A DNA stretch of 64,000 nt, taken from assembly GCA_944384395.1 (NCBI GenBank), contig CALWTD010000013.1, positions 21,888 through 85,887 on the forward strand. The letters run 5' to 3'. The DNA comes from an uncultured Clostridia bacterium (GTDB lineage: Bacteria > Bacillota > Clostridia > Christensenellales > UBA1242). A program made the translations under genes and the position numbers. Below the pieces are notes generated by a model. The model did not search any database. It had not been told where the DNA came from and saw only the letters and a program-made list of their open reading frames with translations. Of the stretch, positions 9,891-19,454 are shown one piece after another (position 1 is the first letter of the stretch; each line of letters starts with the position of its first letter).

Positions 9891-12326
9891 ATGCCAAATC
9901 CAGCATCGGACAGTTTGGAAAAAGTTATAAAAAATGCAGGCAAAATCGCTTTAAAATTTGGAAGTAATCAGGTTGGAACTGAGCATGTTTTATATGGTCT
10001 TACAAGCGTAAAAGAATGTATGGCTAGTAAAATTTTAAAAGAGTATGGAATAACAAGTGAAAATTTATTAGACATATTTGAAGAAAATTCAAAAGAACTA
10101 ACACTTGTTGGTGTTGATGTTGAACTTACACCACGAAGCAAAGAAATAATTGGTATGGCAAAACAAGTTGCAATGCAACTTGGTCATAATTTTGTTGGTG
10201 CCGAGCATTTACTTTTTGCACTTCTTTCAAACAATAGTTGTTTTGCTGTTAGACTTATTAGTTCATATTATAGAGCAAATCTAGTTGAGATGAAATCAAA
10301 ACTAATTTTATTTTTGCAAGGCAATAATGAATATAGCACAGAAATGCCAAAAGACGCAGTTAAAAGCACATTACCAGAAAAACTTTTAGATATGGGTTAT
10401 GATGTAACACTAAAAGCAAGACAAAACAAAATTGACCCAATTATTGGCAGAGAAGAAGAAATTGAAAGAATAATTGAAATACTTTGCCGAAAAACAAAAA
10501 ACAACCCAATTTTAATTGGTGAAGCAGGAGTTGGTAAAACTGCCGTTGTTGAAGGATTGGCCCTCGCTATTGTGAGTGGAAATGTTCCAGAACTATTAAA
10601 AGATAAAATTATATATTCACTTGAAATCGGTGGACTTATGGCTGGCACAAAATACCGTGGCAGTATGGAAGAAAAATTAAAAGATGCAATAGAAACCATA
10701 ATTGCAAGCAAAAATATAATTGTGTTTATTGATGAAATTCACACTCTTGCGCAAGCAGGTGGCGAAAAGGGCGAAACAAGTCCAGCAGATATGCTTAAAC
10801 CATATCTTGCAAGGGGAGAACTTCAAACGATAGGTGCAACAACAACCGACGAATACAGAAAGTTTATGGAAAAAGATAAGGCACTTGAGAGAAGATTTCA
10901 ACCAATAATGGTAGAACCACCAACAGTTGAGCAAACAATTGAAATTTTAAAGGGACTTAGAGATAGTTATGAAGCTTTTCATAATGTTACAATAACAGAC
11001 CAAGCCATCACGGCAGCGGCAACACTTTCTGATAGATACATTATGGATAGAAGTTTGCCAGATAAAGCTATAGATTTAATAGATGAGGCAAGTAGTAGAG
11101 CAAAAGTTAATTTCAACTTAAAACCAAGTGCGATAAAAGAAAAAGAAGAAAAAATAAAACTTTTATCTGCAAACAGAGATGAAGCAAGTATTCAAAGGAA
11201 TTACGAAAAAGCAGCCAAATTACAGGCAGAAATACAAAATTTAGAAGAAGAATTAAAAGAGCTTAATGAAAAGTTTGCTCAATCTTCAAATTCAAATTTC
11301 AATTCAATTGGTGCAAATGAAATTGCCGAAGTTGTTTCTAAATGGACAAAAATACCTGTTACAAAAATAACAGAAACCGAAAAAGAAAAACTAATCAATC
11401 TTGAAAACATACTTCATAAACGCGTCGTAGGGCAAGACCAAGCAGTAAACGCAGTAAGCAAGGCAATAAGAAGAGCAAGGGTGGGACTTCATGACAATAA
11501 ACGCCCAATAGGTTCATTTCTATTTATGGGGCAAACAGGTGTTGGAAAAACTGAACTTTGTAAAGCGATTGCAGAAGCAGTCTTTGACGATGAAAATAAT
11601 ATAATTAGAATAGATATGAGCGAGTATATGGAGCCACATAGTGTTGCAAAACTTATTGGCGCGCCACCGGGATATGTTGGTTATGATGAAGGTGGACAAC
11701 TTACAGAGCAAGTAAGACGAAGACCTTATAGTGTTGTTTTGTTTGATGAAATAGAAAAGGCACATCCTGATATTTTTAATACACTACTTCAAGTGTTAGA
11801 TGATGGAAGACTTACAGATGGACAAGGTAGAACAGTTAGTTTTAGAAATTCAATAATTATTATGACAAGCAACATAGGAACAAATGAAGCATCAAAAAGA
11901 CGCGAACTTGGTTTTTCTGAAAATGAAAATTATGATGAAAAACAAGATGAAAAGATAAATGAAATTTACATGGAAGCACTCAGGCGAAAACTAAAACCAG
12001 AGTTTATAAATAGAATTGATGTAATTTGCATTTTTCATCCATTAAACGAAGATGACCTAACAAAAATTGCAACAATACTCGTTTCAAACATAAATAAACG
12101 ATTATTAAATCAAGGGTTAGAGATAAAAATGACGGCGAGAGCACTTGATTATATTGTTAAAAAAGGAACGAATTTAATGTATGGTGCAAGGCCACTTAAA
12201 AGGTTTATTCAACAAGAAGTTGAAGATAGAATTGCAGAAAAAATACTTTTAGGGCAATTAGAATCAAAAGGTGTTGTTATAATTGATGCAATAAACAATG
12301 AATTAACTTTTAGGTCTGAAATGTAA
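9891..12326 (+). CDS. clpC: ATP-dependent Clp protease ATPase ClpC
   Basis: Clp-N repeats, two AAA+ modules (GEAGVGKT, GQTGVGKT), LGF loop. Confidence 0.96.
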   Translation: MPNPASDSLEKVIKNAGKIALKFGSNQVGTEHVLYGLTSVKECMASKILKEYGITSENLLDIFEENSKELTLVGVDVELTPRSKEIIGMAKQVAMQLGHNFVGAEHLLFALLSNNSCFAVRLISSYYRANLVEMKSKLILFLQGNNEYSTEMPKDAVKSTLPEKLLDMGYDVTLKARQNKIDPIIGREEEIERIIEILCRKTKNNPILIGEAGVGKTAVVEGLALAIVSGNVPELLKDKIIYSLEIGGLMAGTKYRGSMEEKLKDAIETIIASKNIIVFIDEIHTLAQAGGEKGETSPADMLKPYLARGELQTIGATTTDEYRKFMEKDKALERRFQPIMVEPPTVEQTIEILKGLRDSYEAFHNVTITDQAITAAATLSDRYIMDRSLPDKAIDLIDEASSRAKVNFNLKPSAIKEKEEKIKLLSANRDEASIQRNYEKAAKLQAEIQNLEEELKELNEKFAQSSNSNFNSIGANEIAEVVSKWTKIPVTKITETEKEKLINLENILHKRVVGQDQAVNAVSKAIRRARVGLHDNKRPIGSFLFMGQTGVGKTELCKAIAEAVFDDENNIIRIDMSEYMEPHSVAKLIGAPPGYVGYDEGGQLTEQVRRRPYSVVLFDEIEKAHPDIFNTLLQVLDDGRLTDGQGRTVSFRNSIIIMTSNIGTNEASKRRELGFSENENYDEKQDEKINEIYMEALRRKLKPEFINRIDVICIFHPLNEDDLTKIATILVSNINKRLLNQGLEIKMTARALDYIVKKGTNLMYGARPLKRFIQQEVEDRIAEKILLGQLESKGVVIIDAINNELTFRSEM

Positions 12327-12345
12327 TACCATGGGATATGATAAC

Positions 12346-12376
12346 AAAAATAACTAGCGAAACTAGTTATTTTTTT
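12346..12376. terminator. bidirectional intrinsic terminator after clpC
   Basis: AAAAATAACTAG-CGAAA-CTAGTTATTTTT. Confidence 0.8.
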
Positions 12377-12798
12377 AAATACATTTTTATATCTTCGTAT
12401 GTTTTTTCTTCAAATTCTAAGAGCCTTTTTGATAAATCTAACAAATTAGCATCAACATTTTTATTGTTTTTAAGGTGTTTATAAAGTGTTATTGTTCCTC
12501 TAACTGTACCCATTAAAAATAGTTCGGCAATATGCGATGAAGATTTATCAGTTAAGGTAGAAAATGCAATAGAAGTTTTAAGCATAGTTTTTGAAAATAT
12601 GTTGTTGTCCTTTAATTTTATATTTTTCTTTTTTGCTAAAGCATGACATTCTTTTGCAAATTCGCTATATCTTTCTTCAATGTTTTTCATTAAGGTTTTT
12701 AAATCGTTTTCTCTAAATTTTGGATACATATCATTTATTGATTGCAATGCCATTTTTATGTTTTTATATATTGTTTCTAAGTATTCGGTGTTTTTCAT
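12367..12798 (-). CDS. hypothetical helical protein (possibly ferritin-like/DUF2383-like)
   Basis: ATG 12798 after AAGGAG; helical pattern, SHIAELFLMGTVRG. Confidence 0.65.
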   Translation of the reverse strand: MKNTEYLETIYKNIKMALQSINDMYPKFRENDLKTLMKNIEERYSEFAKECHALAKKKNIKLKDNNIFSKTMLKTSIAFSTLTDKSSSHIAELFLMGTVRGTITLYKHLKNNKNVDANLLDLSKRLLEFEEKTYEDIKMYLKK

Positions 12799-12888
12799 AT
12801 AAAATCTCCTTTTTGTTTTAGTGTGTAACAAAAATGAAATTTTATTAAATAAATGTATATTTTTTTTTAACTTAAACAAAACAAAAAT

Positions 12889-14316
12889 ATGAAAACAAAT
12901 ACAAAAATATATATTGTAATATTTTTAATTTCACTTGTTGGTGGTTCGCTTACATCAAGATATTTATTCTCTGCAATTTCCATTTCACAATATGGAATAC
13001 AATTTAATATGAATACATGGGCTTGGGTGTGTGTTGTATTCAATATACTAAATCTTGTGTCTGGTAATATATTATATTTTAAATTTTTAAAAACGAGAAA
13101 ATTTAATTCCATGCTGTTTTTTGCAACTGTTCCACTAACACTTATTTTTGGTGTGTGTACATATTTTTTGGCTACAATTAACAATTTAAAAAGTCAAACG
13201 TTTACACTTATTAAGTCTGTTTTAAAAATATCAAACACAAATTACAATAATTATTATTGGTTAGCAGTTATCACAATAATATATTTGATAATATTGTTTG
13301 TTACATTTTCGTTATTATCAAATCCCGTCAAAAAAATTGAAAAGGCAACAAAAAAATTAAGTTTTGGAGAGTTAAAAGATAAAATAACGATCGGTGGAAA
13401 TAAACAGTTTTTGGAAATAGAAAACTCACTAAACAAAATAAATGATAATTACAAAAAAAAGGACGACTTTATTAAACAGACAAATCTAGAATACGAAAAA
13501 TTTGTGCCAAAACCACTAATTAGATTTTTGGGCAAAAAAAATGTGTTAGAACTTGAAATTGGAAGTCAAGTTAAAAAAACTGCAACACTACTTTTTTGCA
13601 ATTTAAGGAATTCGCAAGTTGTTTCAGAAACTTTAAGTTTGGAAGAAAATTTTAATTTTATAAATTCATATTTAAATGTTGTTTCTCCAATAATTAAGAA
13701 AAATGGTGGTTTTGTTGATAGGTATCAAGAAGATGGACTTGTGGCAGTTTTTGTATCGGCAAAAAATGCAGTATTATGTGGAATTCAAATTGTAAAAACA
13801 ATAAATCAAAAAAATTTAGAATCAAAAAATGTTCCATCAATTGATGTTGGAATTGGAATACACACAGATGAAATGATTTTTGGTGTGGTTGGCGATGAAA
13901 CAAGAAAAACACCAACAATCATATCTAATTCTGTTAATGTTTCGTCTAAACTAGATGAAGTAAATAAAAAATATGGTAGCATAATGGTGTTATCAAAAAA
14001 TACACTCAATGAACTTCCAACAAATTTTGCTTTTTTGTATAGGTATATTGGAAACCTAAATATTGCAGACAATAAAGATATAATTTCGGTGTTTGAGTGT
14101 TTAGATGTTTATTCACGACAAAAAAGAGAAAAGTTGAATAAGTATCACAACGAATTTGAAAACGGTGTTAGGGAATATGTAAATGGAAAGTTTAGCGTAG
14201 CAAAAGATATTTTTGAAAAAGTTTATTCAAAAGAAAAAGATGACAAAGTTTGTTATGTTTATTACAATAACTGTGTTGAAAATTTGGGAAGAAGACCACT
14301 AAACATGCATGAGTAA
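12889..14316 (+). CDS. membrane protein with HAMP and degenerate class III adenylate/guanylate cyclase domain
   Basis: Four TM segments, HAMP-like PVKKIEKAT, KFVPK, GGFVDRY.EDG..AVF, GIGIHT, GVVG, VNVSSKL. Confidence 0.82.
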   Translation: MKTNTKIYIVIFLISLVGGSLTSRYLFSAISISQYGIQFNMNTWAWVCVVFNILNLVSGNILYFKFLKTRKFNSMLFFATVPLTLIFGVCTYFLATINNLKSQTFTLIKSVLKISNTNYNNYYWLAVITIIYLIILFVTFSLLSNPVKKIEKATKKLSFGELKDKITIGGNKQFLEIENSLNKINDNYKKKDDFIKQTNLEYEKFVPKPLIRFLGKKNVLELEIGSQVKKTATLLFCNLRNSQVVSETLSLEENFNFINSYLNVVSPIIKKNGGFVDRYQEDGLVAVFVSAKNAVLCGIQIVKTINQKNLESKNVPSIDVGIGIHTDEMIFGVVGDETRKTPTIISNSVNVSSKLDEVNKKYGSIMVLSKNTLNELPTNFAFLYRYIGNLNIADNKDIISVFECLDVYSRQKREKLNKYHNEFENGVREYVNGKFSVAKDIFEKVYSKEKDDKVCYVYYNNCVENLGRRPLNMHE

Positions 14317-14360
14317 TTTTTTTGCACATATAATTCATATATATAAATGGGAGTAATATA

Positions 14361-14654
14361 TTGGAAAGTTCGTTTTTGGAACTTAGGTGCAAAGAAGTTG
14401 TAAATGTAGTGGACGGCAAAAGACTGGGTCACATTGTCGACATTGTTTTTGAGCTTCAAAGTGGAAATATTTGTGGGCTTGTTGTTCCCGGTGATAAAAA
14501 TATTTGGAATGTGTTTAAGTCTGGTGGAGAAATATTTATTCCATACAGTCAAATATGTAAAATTGGTGATGATACAATACTTGTAGAATTGTATTCAAAT
14601 ACATCAAGACCAAATAACACAATTGTGTTTACATCAAATAAGGAGAAAAAATAA
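14361..14654 (+). CDS. YlmC/YmxH family PRC-barrel sporulation protein
   Basis: ELRCKEVVNVVDGKRLG...IPYSQICKIGDDTILV; upstream of nrdR. Confidence 0.9.
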   Translation: MESSFLELRCKEVVNVVDGKRLGHIVDIVFELQSGNICGLVVPGDKNIWNVFKSGGEIFIPYSQICKIGDDTILVELYSNTSRPNNTIVFTSNKEKK

Positions 14655-14725
14655 AATTAAATTGGTATAGACAAACAAAAAAAAATGTTGTATACTTACC
14701 ATGCTAAGTTAATAGGAGATTACAA

Positions 14726-15169
14726 ATGAAATGTATTTATTGCGGACACGCAGAGAGCAAAGTTATAGATTCACGCGCAACAGAGGAATCTAATTCAATA
14801 AGAAGAAGAAGACAGTGTTTAAAATGTGGAAAAAGATGGACAACTTATGAAACTGTTGAAAATACTCCAATACTTGTTATAAAGAAAAATGGAAGTATTC
14901 AACCATTTGATAAAAACAAAATAATAAATGGAATATTAAAGGCTTGTGAAAAAAGACCTGTAAGTTTAATAGAAATAGAAAACATTGCAAGTAAAGTTGA
15001 AAAAACTTTAAAAGATAATATGCAACAAGAAGTTGAATCAATAAAAATTGGTGAAATGGTTATGGATATGCTTAAACCATTAGACCAAATTTCATATGTT
15101 AGATTTGCTTCAGTTTATAGACAGTTTACAGATGCAGAAAATTTTATAAACTTTCTTAAAAACGATTAA
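14726..15169 (+). CDS. nrdR: transcriptional repressor NrdR
   Basis: CxxC, SKVIDSR, IRRRRQC, ATP cone, YVRFASVY. Confidence 0.96.
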   Translation: MKCIYCGHAESKVIDSRATEESNSIRRRRQCLKCGKRWTTYETVENTPILVIKKNGSIQPFDKNKIINGILKACEKRPVSLIEIENIASKVEKTLKDNMQQEVESIKIGEMVMDMLKPLDQISYVRFASVYRQFTDAENFINFLKND

Positions 15170-15208
15170 TATAACATACATACAAAAAGTTCTTCATACA
15201 ATTAAAGT

Positions 15209-15442
15209 ATGGAGATTTTTTTTCTTTATAATGCATCATTAAATAAAACATATACAATAAGTGGAATGTGTGACTTTATTGATATTAAAACAAAAACAAG
15301 GCTATTTGAACTTGGATTTTTTAAAGGCGAAAAAATAAAAGTGCTAAAAAAATCTTTAATGGGTGGTGTTATCTTAGTTGAAATAATGAATAATGTTTTA
15401 TCAATAAGAAAAGAGGAAGCATTATGTGTGCAAATAAAATAG
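15209..15442 (+). CDS. feoA: FeoA family protein
   Basis: RLFELGFFKGEKIKV...LSIRKEEA; directly upstream of feoB. Confidence 0.85.
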   Translation: MEIFFLYNASLNKTYTISGMCDFIDIKTKTRLFELGFFKGEKIKVLKKSLMGGVILVEIMNNVLSIRKEEALCVQIK

Positions 15443-17547
15443 AAAAAATTTTATTAGTTGGAAACCCAAACACCGGCAAAAGCACACTGTTTAATCTCCT
15501 TACAAAATCGTATGCACACACAGGCAATTTTCATGGCGTAACGGTAAATGCTCAAGAGACAACATTCAAAATTGATGACAAAACATTTACACTTGTAGAT
15601 TTGCCGGGCATATATAGTATGTCTCCAAACAGTTATGAAGAACAATTTAGCATAGATTATATTTTAAACAATAAAAACTGTCCCATAATTTGCGTATGTA
15701 CAAATCAAACATTAAAAAGAAATATGTTACTTTTGTATGAACTATTGCAACTTAATAGAAAAATTATTTTAGTAATAAATAAAATAGATAATAAAACAAA
15801 TTTAGATATACAAAAATTAGAAAAAATATTAAAAATAAAAATATTTTTAATTGATGCAAAAAATAAAAAAACTGCTGGACAATTATTACAAACAATAAAA
15901 GAAAATAAATTTTTAAATAATAAATTAAAATTAAAAAATAATGAAAAATTAAATGCATTTAAACAAAAAATAAATAAATTAAATTATAGCGAAGATGAAT
16001 ATGATTTTTATTGCCAAAAATCATATTGTTATGATAAATATTATTGCGATAAATTAAAGTTAAACGAAAGCATTTTAAATAATATAGACAAAGATTATTT
16101 AGAAGAACAGATGAAAGAAAAATATAACTTTATAGAAAACGTTTTAAAACAATCAAATTACAATTCTAATGTTGTTGTCGGTAAAAGTAAATTAGATAAA
16201 TTAGTTTTAAATAAATATTTGTGCATTCCAATTTTTTTGCTTATTATGATACTTGTGTTTTATTTTACATTTTTTTCCATTGGTGCATATTTATCAAATA
16301 TATTGCGATGGCTAATTCAAGATGTAATAGGTAATAATATTTCAAACTTTTTAAGTGAAAATGTTAAGGCTGTTTGGCTTGTAAATCTAGTTAAAGAAGG
16401 TGTTTTTGGTGGGGTGGGCACAATTGTGTCATTCTTGCCACAAATTGTTCTTTTGTTTGTTTTTTTAGCTCTATTAGAAGACAGTGGTTATTTAAGTCGA
16501 CTAGCGTTTTTAGTTGATGATGCATTAAAAAAAGTAGGGTTGTCAGGCAAAAGTGTTTACACACTTTTAATGAGTTTTGGCTGTTCAACAACTGCTTGTT
16601 TAACTGCAAGAAACATGAACGATAAAAATGCTAAAATAAAAACAGCACTGCTTACTCCGTATATGAGTTGTAGTGCAAAACTTCCTGTTTATGCAGTTAT
16701 TGGTGGTGCATTTTTTGGCGCAAGTAATGTTGGTATTATTATGCTTCTATATATTCTTGGCATTATTTTAGCACTTCTTTTAAATATGTTTTTTGAAAAA
16801 ACATATTTAAAAAGCAATAGTCAAACATTTATTTTAGAATTTCCATCATATAGAAAAATTGATTTTTTGCATTTATATAAAATTACAAAGATAAATGTAA
16901 AATCATTTTTGTTAAAAATTGGTTCATTGCTTTTGGGATTTTCTATTTTAGTTTGGTTTTTAGAAAATTTTACATTTAGTTTAAAGTATGTGCAAAATGA
17001 TGATATGAAAAGTATGCTTCAATGCGTTGGAGAGTTTATTGCTCCAATATTTAAGCCACTCGGTTTTGCTTCATGGGGAACAGCATCTGCACTTTTAACA
17101 GGTATAGTTGCAAAGGAAATAATAATCTCATCTATTGCGATATTTAACAACATTAATTCGTCATCTGTAAATTTTATGGAGAACATCTCGCAAAGTTTAA
17201 CAAATCCATTAAATGTTGTTTTCTTTACTCCAAGTAGTGCATTAAGTTTCATGGTTTTTTGTCTTCTTTATTGTCCATGTGTTGGCACAATATCGGTTCT
17301 TAGAAAAGAAGTTGGGAAAAAATGGACGGCTATTTCAATATTGCTTCAATTTGTTATTGCATATTGCGCAAGTTTGTTTGTTTATTTTGTGTTTAAACTA
17401 ACAGAAATTTATGGAATATTAACAGTTTTATTGTTTGCAATAATAATATTCTTTTGTGTGTCAAGTATTTTAAATTTTGTCAAATTAAAAAAATCTGATG
17501 TAAAATGCCTGAATTGCAATAAAAATGATTGCAAGTATAGAAAATAA
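15424..17547 (+). CDS. feoB: ferrous iron transporter FeoB
   Basis: GNPNTGKS, DLPG, NKID, LEDSGYL, MSCSAKLP, LYCPC; multiple TM segments. Confidence 0.93.
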   Translation: MCANKIEKILLVGNPNTGKSTLFNLLTKSYAHTGNFHGVTVNAQETTFKIDDKTFTLVDLPGIYSMSPNSYEEQFSIDYILNNKNCPIICVCTNQTLKRNMLLLYELLQLNRKIILVINKIDNKTNLDIQKLEKILKIKIFLIDAKNKKTAGQLLQTIKENKFLNNKLKLKNNEKLNAFKQKINKLNYSEDEYDFYCQKSYCYDKYYCDKLKLNESILNNIDKDYLEEQMKEKYNFIENVLKQSNYNSNVVVGKSKLDKLVLNKYLCIPIFLLIMILVFYFTFFSIGAYLSNILRWLIQDVIGNNISNFLSENVKAVWLVNLVKEGVFGGVGTIVSFLPQIVLLFVFLALLEDSGYLSRLAFLVDDALKKVGLSGKSVYTLLMSFGCSTTACLTARNMNDKNAKIKTALLTPYMSCSAKLPVYAVIGGAFFGASNVGIIMLLYILGIILALLLNMFFEKTYLKSNSQTFILEFPSYRKIDFLHLYKITKINVKSFLLKIGSLLLGFSILVWFLENFTFSLKYVQNDDMKSMLQCVGEFIAPIFKPLGFASWGTASALLTGIVAKEIIISSIAIFNNINSSSVNFMENISQSLTNPLNVVFFTPSSALSFMVFCLLYCPCVGTISVLRKEVGKKWTAISILLQFVIAYCASLFVYFVFKLTEIYGILTVLLFAIIIFFCVSSILNFVKLKKSDVKCLNCNKNDCKYRK

Positions 17548-17568
17548 AATTTTAAATTTAATTTTAAT

Positions 17569-17597
17569 AAAAACGCTTAACTGAGTTAAGTGTTTTT
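17569..17597. terminator. intrinsic terminator after feoB
   Basis: AAAAACGCTTAAC-TGA-GTTAAGTGTTTTT. Confidence 0.7.
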
Positions 17598-17646
17598 AAA
17601 ATTGCTAAAAATAAAAAATATTAAAAGTATTTTATCGTTTTAAAAA

Positions 17647-17892
17647 TTATTCAACGTCTAAGTTTTCTCTTTTAAATATGTCATCATTAAAAAATTCTTG
17701 AATAGTTATATTAAAACCATCACAAACCAAAATTATTGTATCAAGTTTTACAGTTTTGTATCTTTCACTTATAATTGAACGCAAAGTTTCTTCTGGCATG
17801 GCAATTCGTTGACATAGGGCATATTGAGTTAAATTGTTTTTGACTAACAAGTTAGAAATTCTTAGTGCTACTGCTTTTTGTGTCGTCATCAT
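17647..17892 (-). CDS. Xre/Cro-C1 helix-turn-helix regulator
   Basis: LTQYALCQRIAMPEETLRSII...LDTIILVCDGFNITIQEFF; AAGGAG RBS. Confidence 0.88.
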   Translation of the reverse strand: MMTTQKAVALRISNLLVKNNLTQYALCQRIAMPEETLRSIISERYKTVKLDTIILVCDGFNITIQEFFNDDIFKRENLDVE

Positions 17893-17936
17893 TTCTCCTT
17901 TAACTTAAGATTATCAAAAAAAAATTTTAAATTTAG

Positions 17937-18037
17937 CGTGTGTACACACTGTATTTGTTTGACTTTTACTTTTTGCTTGTTTAGTATTTATTTGTAGTCT
18001 AATGAATTTTTATCCAAAAACTTTACGTGTGTACACA
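17937..18037. promoter_or_regulatory. two palindromic operator-like sites around a divergent promoter
   Basis: CGTGTGTACACA at 17937-17948 and 18026-18037; TTGACT-N17-TAGTAT (17959-17987) between them. Confidence 0.6.
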
Positions 18038-18057
18038 AAAGGAGAATATTAAAAATT

Positions 18058-18624
18058 ATGACAAATAAAACTATTTGTGTTGTAGGACATAGGAATGTTG
18101 AACTTACTTATGAAAATTTAAACAAGTTAAAAGAATTTTTTGAAATATTAATTGTTAAAGAAGAAGCAAAAACTTTTTTATTTGGCAGTAAAAGTAATTT
18201 TGATTCAATTTGTCATAATGTTATTACAGAATTAAAATTAAAATATCCATATATTAGGAGAAAATGTTATTGTTGCAGAAGTGAATCTTGTGTATTAGAA
18301 AGCGAAAAACAATATTGGGAAAAAGTTTATAGTAACTTATATCACAAAAATATAAATCTATATAGTGTGGAAGAAGAAGTAGAATATAAAAACAAATGGA
18401 CTTCAAACAAAGCAAGTTATATAGAAAGAAATTTTGCAATGATTGATGCTAGTGATATTTGTGTTTTTTATTATGATGAAAATTATAAACCACCATTGCG
18501 TAAATATTCTAAAAAATGCATTGGTTATTATCAACCAAAGTCTGGTACAGCACTCGCATATAAATACGCTAAACAAATAAATAAAATAATTTATAATGTT
18601 TTAAATTTTTTAAATCTTAGTTAA
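18058..18624 (+). CDS. SLOG-superfamily (DUF1273/YpsA-like) protein
   Basis: TICVVGHR, FLFGSKSNFD, RNFAMIDASD, SGTALAYKYA. Confidence 0.75.
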   Translation: MTNKTICVVGHRNVELTYENLNKLKEFFEILIVKEEAKTFLFGSKSNFDSICHNVITELKLKYPYIRRKCYCCRSESCVLESEKQYWEKVYSNLYHKNINLYSVEEEVEYKNKWTSNKASYIERNFAMIDASDICVFYYDENYKPPLRKYSKKCIGYYQPKSGTALAYKYAKQINKIIYNVLNFLNLS

Positions 18625-18774
18625 CTTAGACAATTATTATAATTAGCTTCAAGTGTTATGTTTTGTACTGTTTAAAATCTATAAATCATAAAATATTTAT
18701 TATTTTTCGCAAACACATTTTATCTTTGTATAATAATATTTTAAATTTTGCTCAATCTAAAATTGGAGAGAGTT

Positions 18775-19386
18775 ATGGATTTATATTTTCTTATCTGTGG
18801 AACACTTGCAATTCTTATTAGTTTTGGTGTTTTTGAAAGTGTGCTTAAAATAAACAAACTAAACAGATTTTTACTTTCAATTTTCTTAATTTTAAGTTGT
18901 GTTTTTGATGCCATTAAAGCAATAAACATTTTAGGAGTAAATGTTAGTTTAAATTTAATTTTATATTTTGTTATGTTTGTTGTTTTGTTTGCTATGCAAA
19001 AAAGTATTAAGGGAATTATTGCAACAATTTTAACAAGTTTAATTATAATATCCGTTCTTGCTTGTTATAATGCAATAAATTTAGAAATGTTTGAATATGC
19101 CTATGTTAAGCCTTTTGTTTATATTGCAATAATTGTTGGTATAATTTTGTATTATATTTGTCCAAACATAAACAGTGTTTTTTGTGGAACTTTGTTGGGT
19201 GCTATTTTATTTGAACTAATTTTTCATCAAATGTCTTGGAATTATGTTAATCAAACATTAAATTTAGGTGGAGATGTGGCAATCACATTTACTTTTGTTT
19301 GCGTGCTGTCATATTGTTTGTTTAATAGTTTGGTTTTAGGTATTAAATATTTAAAAACTAAAAAGCAAGAAAAAATTAAAACTTAA
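18775..19386 (+). CDS. hypothetical integral membrane protein
   Basis: Highly hydrophobic, about 7 TM segments; GGAGAG RBS. Confidence 0.7.
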   Translation: MDLYFLICGTLAILISFGVFESVLKINKLNRFLLSIFLILSCVFDAIKAINILGVNVSLNLILYFVMFVVLFAMQKSIKGIIATILTSLIIISVLACYNAINLEMFEYAYVKPFVYIAIIVGIILYYICPNINSVFCGTLLGAILFELIFHQMSWNYVNQTLNLGGDVAITFTFVCVLSYCLFNSLVLGIKYLKTKKQEKIKT

Positions 19387-19454
19387 TAAAATTAAATTGT
19401 AAATGTCTCTAAATTATGTTATCATTTAGATAAATGTTAAATAGGAGATAAAAA

